This document shows positions 57,026 to 64,000 of a stretch of 64,000 bases of DNA, piece by piece (position 1 is the first letter of the stretch; each line of letters starts with the position of its first letter). The notes beneath the pieces were generated by a model. The model did no database searches, was not told where the DNA came from, and saw nothing but the letters and a program-made list of their open reading frames with translations. The stretch is taken from positions 131,422 to 195,421 of the forward strand of contig CALCJK010000012.1 of assembly GCA_937967455.1 (NCBI GenBank), in the 5' to 3' direction. The position numbers and the translations under genes are program-made. Origin of the DNA: an uncultured bacterium (GTDB lineage Bacteria > Bacteroidota > Ignavibacteria > UBA10030 > BY39).

Positions 57026-57064
57026 AAAAGTGGAGCTAATTCATAGGAAGCTGGCTCTACTTTT
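57026..57064. terminator. bidirectional intrinsic terminator between the porin pseudogene and glnA
   Basis: 11-bp stem AAAAGTGGAGC / GCTCTACTTTT (one G-U pair) with a 17-nt loop. T runs follow the hairpin on both strands. Confidence 0.6.
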
Positions 57065-57073
57065 AAATGGATA

Positions 57074-58402
57074 TTAGTAAATTTCTAGATATTTATCTAA
57101 TTCCCACTGAGTAACCTGTAATCTGAATTCATCCCACTCTTTCATTTTAGCTTCAAGGAACTTTGTGTAAGTATGTTCACCAAGAGTTTGCTTTACAATT
57201 TCACTTTTTTCCATTTCTTTTATGGCTTCTAAAAGCGAATTCGGAAGTGTATCTATTTTTAATTCTTTTAATTTACTATCATCAAAATGATAAACATCTT
57301 CCTCAACTGCTGGTGGTGGAGTAAGATTGTTTTTTATGCCATCTAAACCGGCTTTCAATATAATGGCAAATGCTAAATAAATGTTACAGGTTGGATCAGG
57401 ACAACGTAATTCCACCCTAGTTGATTTTATTTTTTTGGCTGAGATCTTTGGGACTCTAATCAACGCAGAACGATTCGTTCTTGCCCAGCAAATATATACA
57501 GGTGCTTCATATCCAGGTACTAACCTTTTGTACGAATTTACAGTTGGCGAAAGAATTGCAGACATACCTTTGATGTGCTTAATTAAACCTGCTATAAAAT
57601 TGTAAGCTTTCTTAGAAAGATGGTATTTATCTTTCTCATCATAAAATATATTATTACCTGTTTTTATATCAAATAAGCTTTGATGAACATGCATGCCCGA
57701 TCCATTAATACCCATTAATGGTTTTGGCATAAAGGTTACATGTAAATCATAAGGTTGGACAATTGCTTTCAAAACAAAGCGAAGTGTAGACGCGTTATCT
57801 GCAGTTCTCAGTGCATTATCGTACTTAAAGTCTATTTCGTGTTGTCCAATTGCCACTTCATGATGAGAAGCTTCCACATCGATTCCAAATTTTTCTAAAG
57901 CTACAATCATTTCGCGTCTTAAATTATAAGCTTGATCTGTTGTCAAGTCAAAATATCCTGCTTGATCATGAGGCAATGCCTGTAATCCATTCGATCTTTT
58001 GAAAATAAAAAATTCAAGTTCCGGACCTGTCATAAATTCATATCCTAACTTCTTTGCTTCCAAGAGGACCTTTTTCAGAATATATCTTGGATCTCCTTCG
58101 AATGGTGTCCCATCATGATTATATACATCACAAATAAACCTTGCAGTGTTACCGTCTGGAGAGTTTAACCAGGGCATCACGGCATAGGTAGCAAGGTCTG
58201 GTTTTAAGAACATATCGCTTTCATGAATTCGCGCAAAGCCTTCAATCGAAGAACCATCAAACCATGTACCGTATTCAAGTGAATCGGCAAGTTTACTAGC
58301 GGGTATGGTTAAACTCTTTACAATTCCATAAAGGTCTGTGAATTGCAATTGTATGAACTTTACTTTATCTTTTTTTAGTTGTGCAAATATTTGCTCTTTC
58401 AT
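57074..58402 (-). CDS. glnA: glutamine synthetase, type I
   Basis: VKFIQLQFTDLYG, DGSSIEGF, GPELEFF, NGSGMHVHQS and RVELRCPD motifs; 442 aa. Confidence 0.93.
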   Translation of the reverse strand: MKEQIFAQLKKDKVKFIQLQFTDLYGIVKSLTIPASKLADSLEYGTWFDGSSIEGFARIHESDMFLKPDLATYAVMPWLNSPDGNTARFICDVYNHDGTPFEGDPRYILKKVLLEAKKLGYEFMTGPELEFFIFKRSNGLQALPHDQAGYFDLTTDQAYNLRREMIVALEKFGIDVEASHHEVAIGQHEIDFKYDNALRTADNASTLRFVLKAIVQPYDLHVTFMPKPLMGINGSGMHVHQSLFDIKTGNNIFYDEKDKYHLSKKAYNFIAGLIKHIKGMSAILSPTVNSYKRLVPGYEAPVYICWARTNRSALIRVPKISAKKIKSTRVELRCPDPTCNIYLAFAIILKAGLDGIKNNLTPPPAVEEDVYHFDDSKLKELKIDTLPNSLLEAIKEMEKSEIVKQTLGEHTYTKFLEAKMKEWDEFRLQVTQWELDKYLEIY

Positions 58403-58496
58403 ATAAATTTATCCATATTTAGTTAAAAATTTATTTAATTATAAATAATCTATTAACAAATGTCAAATTGCAGAGAAAATCAGAAAGGGTAAGATT

Positions 58497-59885
58497 ATGA
58501 AAGTATTAAAAATATTAATTTTTCCTCTTATTTCTTTAATAATTCAAGGAAATATTATGGCTAATGATTTAGGTATCAAAAAGTCGGTTCTTAAAAATGG
58601 ACTTGAAGTTCTGGTGATTGAGAATCATTCAGTACCTCTTGTAACAGTAGAGATTTGTGTAAAGAATGGTGCTTTTACAGAGCCACCAGAATATAGTGGT
58701 TTATCGCATTTGTATGAGCATATGTTTTTTAAGGCAAATCAAAAAATTCCTAGTCAAGAAGCATTTCTTGAAAGAACTCGTGAACTTGGAATTATATTTA
58801 ATGGTACAACAAGCAACGAAAGAGTAAATTATTTTTTCACCTGTCCAAAACAAAATTTAGAACAAGCCATAGAATTTATGCGTGATGCTACTTTGTATCC
58901 ATTGTTTGATCAAACTGAACTTGAAAAAGAAAGGCCGGTTGTTATTGGAGAATACGACAGAGCTGAATCTCAGCCACCATATCATCTGATGGTTGCCGTT
59001 AATAAGAAACTTTGGGGTGAACATTATAACCGTAAAAATGCTATTGGTGAGAGAAGTACAATACTTGCCGCTACACAAGAACAGATGAAAACTATCCAGA
59101 AAAAATTTTACATACCGAACAATTCTGCATTGTTGATTGCAGGAGATGTAAAAGCAGATGAGGTCTTTAAACTTGTTGAAAAATATTTTTCTGAGTGGCA
59201 AAAAGGTGAAGACCCATTTATAAAAAATCCTCCTGTTACATTCAAACCACTCGAAAAACCAGAAACAATAATTGTTGAGAAACAATTTCCAGTACCAGTT
59301 TGTATGATTGGTTTTCATGGCCCTGATACAAAACGAGATGTCAAAGCAACTTATGCTGCAGATGTTTTTTCGAACATCTTGAATCAAAAAACATCCAATT
59401 TCTACAAAAATCTGGTTGAATCAGGATTGATATTGGGCATAAATGTTGGCTATCAAACTGAACAAAATGTTGGTCCCATAATGTTCTTTTTCCAATCTAC
59501 TCAGGAAAAAATTAAAGATGCTATTAAAGCACTCGGACAAGAAATAGAGAAATTCGATTCACCAGATTATTATACTGATGAGCAACTTGAAACTGCTATA
59601 ACAACAATGGCAGTTGACGAAATTTATTCAAGAGAATCAACTTCAAGCTGGGTCCACAATGTTAGTTTCTGGTGGGCAGTTGCTGGATTGGATTATTATG
59701 AAAATTATCTTAAAAATTTAAAAAGAGTAACAAGAGAAGATATTAACGATTATGTAAGAAAATATATAAAGGGGAAAAATTATGTAATTGGTGTATTGAT
59801 ATCTGAAGAAGCAGCTAAATCTATTGATCTAAAAGAAACAGATCTTCTCTTAGGAACATCTGATTATGAAAAAACTGGAAAATAA
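58497..59885 (+). CDS. M16-family (pitrilysin/insulinase) zinc peptidase, active subunit
   Basis: Signal peptide, inverted zinc motif HLYEH (HxxEH), and a downstream Glu in NGTTSNERVNYF. Confidence 0.85.
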   Translation: MKVLKILIFPLISLIIQGNIMANDLGIKKSVLKNGLEVLVIENHSVPLVTVEICVKNGAFTEPPEYSGLSHLYEHMFFKANQKIPSQEAFLERTRELGIIFNGTTSNERVNYFFTCPKQNLEQAIEFMRDATLYPLFDQTELEKERPVVIGEYDRAESQPPYHLMVAVNKKLWGEHYNRKNAIGERSTILAATQEQMKTIQKKFYIPNNSALLIAGDVKADEVFKLVEKYFSEWQKGEDPFIKNPPVTFKPLEKPETIIVEKQFPVPVCMIGFHGPDTKRDVKATYAADVFSNILNQKTSNFYKNLVESGLILGINVGYQTEQNVGPIMFFFQSTQEKIKDAIKALGQEIEKFDSPDYYTDEQLETAITTMAVDEIYSRESTSSWVHNVSFWWAVAGLDYYENYLKNLKRVTREDINDYVRKYIKGKNYVIGVLISEEAAKSIDLKETDLLLGTSDYEKTGK

Positions 59886-59903
59886 ATCGGAAAGGGAATA
59901 ACA

Positions 59904-61202
59904 ATGAAAATTACAGGAAAAATATTATTAATTTCTATAATAATTATATTTCAAACCTATGCACAAAAGGAAGTAAAGGAAATGAAAATAGATGGTGTGA
60001 AGGTAATATTTAAACAAGCTGAAAATGATGTTGTGGCATTCAGAATGTTTATTAAAGGTGGTACAACAAATCTCAATAGAGAGAATGCTGGTATAGAAAA
60101 TTTTGCATTGATGGTTGCTACAACTGGAGGTACAAAAAATTATCCCAAAGAAGAATACAATAAAATATTGGAAAAACTTGGTTCAAGTATTTCCGCAAAT
60201 TGTAGCAATGACTTCTCCACAATTTCTATCAGGTGTATTAAAGATAATTTCGACAAAACCTGGGACCTTTTTGAAGATGTAATTTTAAATCCAGCCTTTG
60301 AAGAAAGTGAAGTCGAATTATCCCGTGAACAATTGATAAGTTCTATAAAAACAGAAGATACAAATCCTGATGCACTTATAAGAAAAGAAATGGTTCTATG
60401 GTTTTATGAGGATCATCCGTATTCAAATCGCTGGATCGGGAATTTGGAGAATGTTAAAAAATTCTCAAGAGATGATTTGATTAACTATTACAATCAGTTA
60501 TTGGTTAAATCAAGACTATTATTCGTTATTGTTGGTAGGATTGATCAAAAAGACATTGAGAAAAAAATTTCAAATTTACTTAATAAAGTTTCTATTGGTA
60601 ATTATGAAGATGTTGAGCTTCCAATTCCAGCACGTGCTAAAAGTGGCGGATATCATATTGTAGAAAAACCAATTCCAACAAATTATATAATGGGACAATA
60701 TTTGTTACCTAAAATGAATGAAAAAGATTATTATGCAGCTTTGCTTGGTCATTCAATTTTACGTGATCGGGTTTTTGAAGAAGTCAGAACAAAAAGAAAT
60801 TTAAGTTATGCCCCTACTGCAGCAGTAGTCACTGAGAAAACCACAACTGGTTTTATATATGTTTCCACCACAGACCCTGACTCCGCTATAAAGGTAATGC
60901 TTGCAGAGCTGGATAAGATAAAACAGGAACCTATTCCTGCAAAAGAATTGAAAAATCATAAGATGAGATTCATTACAATGGATTATATGCGACAGGAAAC
61001 AAATGCAATGCAAGCAGGTGCTCTAGCTGCTGCTGAATTGTATACTGGAGATTGGAGAAATGCAACTAAATTGATCGATTACATAAATTTAGTTACTTCT
61101 GAACAGATTAAACAAATGGCTAATAATTACATCAAAAACCTTAGCTTTGTTTATGTAGGAAAGAAAAAGAAAGTAAACGAAGAATTGTTAAATTACAAAT
61201 GA
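59904..61202 (+). CDS. M16-family peptidase, non-catalytic subunit (no HxxEH)
   Basis: Same two-domain M16 architecture and signal peptide, but the zinc-binding HxxEH motif is absent. Confidence 0.75.
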   Translation: MKITGKILLISIIIIFQTYAQKEVKEMKIDGVKVIFKQAENDVVAFRMFIKGGTTNLNRENAGIENFALMVATTGGTKNYPKEEYNKILEKLGSSISANCSNDFSTISIRCIKDNFDKTWDLFEDVILNPAFEESEVELSREQLISSIKTEDTNPDALIRKEMVLWFYEDHPYSNRWIGNLENVKKFSRDDLINYYNQLLVKSRLLFVIVGRIDQKDIEKKISNLLNKVSIGNYEDVELPIPARAKSGGYHIVEKPIPTNYIMGQYLLPKMNEKDYYAALLGHSILRDRVFEEVRTKRNLSYAPTAAVVTEKTTTGFIYVSTTDPDSAIKVMLAELDKIKQEPIPAKELKNHKMRFITMDYMRQETNAMQAGALAAAELYTGDWRNATKLIDYINLVTSEQIKQMANNYIKNLSFVYVGKKKKVNEELLNYK

Positions 61203-62659
61203 TTGATATGTTTAGAAAAATAATTTTAATTTTTTTAATTTTAATATTTCAAGTTTCATTTTCTCAAGACCTAATTGTTCCCGATTGGGCAAAGGATGCA
61301 ATATACTATCAGATATTTCCTGAAAGATTTTATAACGGAGATACACTAAATGATCCACCAAATACTGAATCATGGGGTGCTGAACCCAAATATAATAATT
61401 ATTTTGGCGGAGATTTAAAAGGTGTAATTCAAAAACTTGATTACATTCAGGATTTAGGTGTAAATGCAATTTATTTCAATCCACTGTTTGAATCAAATTC
61501 AAATCATAAATACCACACGAAAGATTATTTTAGCATAGATGATAATTTTGGTGATGACTATATCTTTAAACAATTGATTGATGAGTGCCATAAGAGAGGA
61601 ATTAAAGTGGTAATTGATGGAGTATTTAATCATACAGGAGTTGAATTCTTTGCATTTCAGGATATTGTAAAAAATGAAAAGAACTCTAAATATCTGCACT
61701 GGTATAAAATTCATAGCTTTCCAGTTCAACTTCCACCTGCAAAACCTAACTACGAAGCCTGGTGGGGTATAGGAGATTTGCCTAAATTAATGACAGATGA
61801 TCCTGATGTTAGAAAATATCTATTTGATGCAACAAGAAAATGGACAGAAATGGGAATTGATGGTTGGCGACTTGATGTACCAAACGAAATGTCGCACGAT
61901 TTCTGGATTGAGTGGAGGAAACTTGTAAAATCCATCAATCCAAATTGTTATATAGTTGGAGAAATCTGGGAAGATGCATCATCCTGGCTAAAAGGCGATC
62001 AGTTTGATGCTGTTATGAATTATCTGTTTAGAGATGCGATAAACCTATACCTAGTTTTCAATAAAATAAATGTTCATCAATTCGATTCAATTCTATCCAT
62101 CCCAAGAAAATATCCTCTTGAAGCACAATTTGTTCTACAAAACTTAATTGGAAGTCACGATACAGAAAGATTTCTGACTTTAACTGGAGGTAACATCGAG
62201 AAAGTAAAATTAGCAGTATTTTTCCAAATGACCTATATCGGAGCTCCAATGATTTATTATGGAGATGAAATTGGTATGATGGGTGGCCGTGATCCGGATT
62301 GTAGGAGGACGATGATTTGGGATACTCTTCACTGGAATCGTGATTTGAGAACATATTATAAAAAATTTATTCAGATCAGAAAAGATTATCCCTCACTTAG
62401 ACGAGGTAATTATAAAACGATTCTGAAAGATACGAAAAATAATATTTTTGCATTCTCACGTGAATATGAAAACGAAAAAGCAATCGTAGTTTTAAATAAT
62501 TCATCAATATGTAAAGATATTAAACTAAAATCACCATTTTCTAATACAAAAGAATGGAAAGATGTCGTGAGAGATAAGAGGTATAATCAAGTTAAATCGA
62601 CTATAAACATTAAAAATCTTGCACCAATGAGTGGCGTGATATTAATTAGTAGGAGATAA
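61199..62659 (+). CDS. GH13 alpha-amylase-family glycoside hydrolase (neopullulanase/cyclomaltodextrinase-like), secreted
   Basis: DAIYYQIFPERFYNGD plus GH13 regions GVNAIYFNPLF, DGVFNHTG, GWRLDVPNE, EIWE and IGSHDTERF. The ATG overlaps the upstream stop (ATGA). Confidence 0.88.
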   Translation: MIDMFRKIILIFLILIFQVSFSQDLIVPDWAKDAIYYQIFPERFYNGDTLNDPPNTESWGAEPKYNNYFGGDLKGVIQKLDYIQDLGVNAIYFNPLFESNSNHKYHTKDYFSIDDNFGDDYIFKQLIDECHKRGIKVVIDGVFNHTGVEFFAFQDIVKNEKNSKYLHWYKIHSFPVQLPPAKPNYEAWWGIGDLPKLMTDDPDVRKYLFDATRKWTEMGIDGWRLDVPNEMSHDFWIEWRKLVKSINPNCYIVGEIWEDASSWLKGDQFDAVMNYLFRDAINLYLVFNKINVHQFDSILSIPRKYPLEAQFVLQNLIGSHDTERFLTLTGGNIEKVKLAVFFQMTYIGAPMIYYGDEIGMMGGRDPDCRRTMIWDTLHWNRDLRTYYKKFIQIRKDYPSLRRGNYKTILKDTKNNIFAFSREYENEKAIVVLNNSSICKDIKLKSPFSNTKEWKDVVRDKRYNQVKSTINIKNLAPMSGVILISRR

Positions 62660-62660
62660 T

Positions 62661-64000
62661 ATGAAGAAAAGCTTTTTTATAATTATATTAATATTTTTTT
62701 CGTTGCAATATGATTTTGCTAATCCAGAAGATAGTGTTACAATTACTTTTAGAACATATCAACCAGTTTCTCCACTGGTTTATGTTCCAGGAGAATTTAA
62801 TAACTGGGGACCAAACACAAACGGAGTGATAAATCCAGGTGCTCCTTCGCAAATGACATATGATAACATACTCTCTGCTTGGATTAAAACTTATACTTTT
62901 AAGATAAAAGACCCAATAGACACTCGTAGAAAAGTTGCAGATTCGGTTTTTCAATATAAGTTTAACCGTGGTGGAACAATTGATGGTTGGTATAGCGATC
63001 CTCTTAATCCTGAAACCAACCCATCAGATTATAATAATTCAGTTTTAAGAATGACAAAGTTTTTCTGGTTTCAGTATTATAATTTCGAGGTATCTCAACA
63101 AATTACAAGAATAACTGCTTCATTAATTCATGCAAACAGTGATTCAATTACATCAATTATTCTCTCCACTGCTCAAACGGAAAATTCTCCCCGTACAACA
63201 ATTGAAGTAACTGATTATTTTAATCGACAATTAAGAATTCTAGATTATACACTTCCAGTTCCTATTCCAAAAAATTATTTTATTCGACTTGTGGGATACA
63301 ATGATAAAGGTGACTCGGTAGTTTTTAAGAAAGGTGGTTATGAAGTTGTAACATTACCGATGCCAGCTTATGTTAAGCATGGTGTGACTTTACCTTCTTC
63401 TGCATCAAACGATTCAACTTCATTTAGAATACGTGTACCAAACAAGGAATATGTACTTTTAAGAGTTGCTCCACTTGGACAAAATCCTGCAACTGCATCT
63501 CCAATTGTGATGCGGAGAGCAACTCTAAATCATGAATGGTGGATTAATTTAAAACTCCCTAAAGGTACATATGAGTATTTATATGAAATTGAAAATGGTA
63601 AATTGATTTACGATCCTTGGGGCAGATGGAATGGTACAAACGGTAGCAGATTTTCTACTGACTCAACAGGTTTGACAGCAGATGATTATGTATGGAGAAA
63701 TACTAACTTTCAACGCCCACCACTTAATAAACTTGTGATATATGAATTGAATGTTAATGAATTTGCTGGTGGTAAATTAGGTTTGGGTAGTGGACAGGGA
63801 ACATTTCTTCATTTAATCGAGACCTTACCATATCTTGATTCTCTCGGAATTAATGCAGTTGAGTTAATGCCAGTTACAGATTATGGTATTATTGGTAAAA
63901 GTGGATTTTCATGGGGTTATGATGTTAATTCATACTTATCGTTAGAACCAGGATATGGTTCGCCTCGCGATTTTAAAATATTCGTGGATTCTGCTCATGG
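62661..64000 (+). CDS. GH13-family enzyme with N-terminal carbohydrate-binding/E-set-like domains; 3' end beyond the window
   Basis: Not in the ORF track because no stop is reached. ATG 62661 lies after AGGAGA, and my translation is stop-free to 64000. Signal peptide MKKSFFIIILIFFSL, then VIYELNVNEFAGG, LPYLDSLGINAVELMPV and SWGYD, typical of GH13 catalytic region I. Confidence 0.8.
   Translation, partial: MKKSFFIIILIFFSLQYDFANPEDSVTITFRTYQPVSPLVYVPGEFNNWGPNTNGVINPGAPSQMTYDNILSAWIKTYTFKIKDPIDTRRKVADSVFQYKFNRGGTIDGWYSDPLNPETNPSDYNNSVLRMTKFFWFQYYNFEVSQQITRITASLIHANSDSITSIILSTAQTENSPRTTIEVTDYFNRQLRILDYTLPVPIPKNYFIRLVGYNDKGDSVVFKKGGYEVVTLPMPAYVKHGVTLPSSASNDSTSFRIRVPNKEYVLLRVAPLGQNPATASPIVMRRATLNHEWWINLKLPKGTYEYLYEIENGKLIYDPWGRWNGTNGSRFSTDSTGLTADDYVWRNTNFQRPPLNKLVIYELNVNEFAGGKLGLGSGQGTFLHLIETLPYLDSLGINAVELMPVTDYGIIGKSGFSWGYDVNSYLSLEPGYGSPRDFKIFVDSAH

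Noticed and set aside
1-64000. Search for CRISPR arrays, transposases, integrases, phage genes, toxin-antitoxin pairs or classical defence genes
   Set aside because: I found no regularly spaced direct repeats and no ORF with transposase, recombinase, restriction-enzyme or Cas-like motifs on either strand. The window appears free of mobile or defence elements recognisable by eye.

Overview
A 64-kb chromosomal window from a low-GC bacterium with about 57 protein-coding genes, one tRNA and no rRNA, CRISPR array, transposase or integrase that I can recognise. A T9SS C-terminal sorting domain, a TonB-dependent receptor, many beta-barrel/lipoprotein pairs, a sigma-54 activator and a GH57 branching enzyme suggest an FCB-group organism, possibly Ignavibacteriota-like; this is inference only. 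The left half (1-31.6 kb) is mostly housekeeping: acpS, tRNA-Pro, ddl, asd, dnaB, coaBC-rpoZ-gmk, yicC, an RqcH-like gene, ruvB, an acylating aldehyde dehydrogenase, mpg, ackA, acn-icd and a GH57 branching enzyme. The right half (31.7-57 kb) is envelope/accessory. It holds uncharacterised lipoprotein + beta-barrel pairs and an S8 subtilase followed by a serpin. Next comes a co-directional run of OMP, lipoprotein, histidine kinase, sigma-54 response regulator, coiled-coil protein and OMP. After that are a DUF4159/DUF4175-like pair, a TonB receptor with a BNR/T9SS protein, and a cytochrome c + heme-tagged beta-barrel locus carrying three reading-frame lesions. The window ends with glnA, an M16 peptidase pair and two GH13 amylase-family genes. 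Most interesting observations: (1) a class II aldolase and an acylating aldehyde dehydrogenase both end in a linker plus amphipathic helix resembling microcompartment encapsulation peptides, yet no shell genes are in the window. (2) The cytochrome/porin module looks like it is decaying. (3) The subtilase-serpin pair is followed by a two-component sigma-54 cluster, with one candidate -24/-12 promoter in front of the serpin. (4) A secreted protein made of four tandem ~130-aa repeats of unknown family sits next to an Omp85-like barrel. Product calls come from motif recognition by eye; no database search was run.
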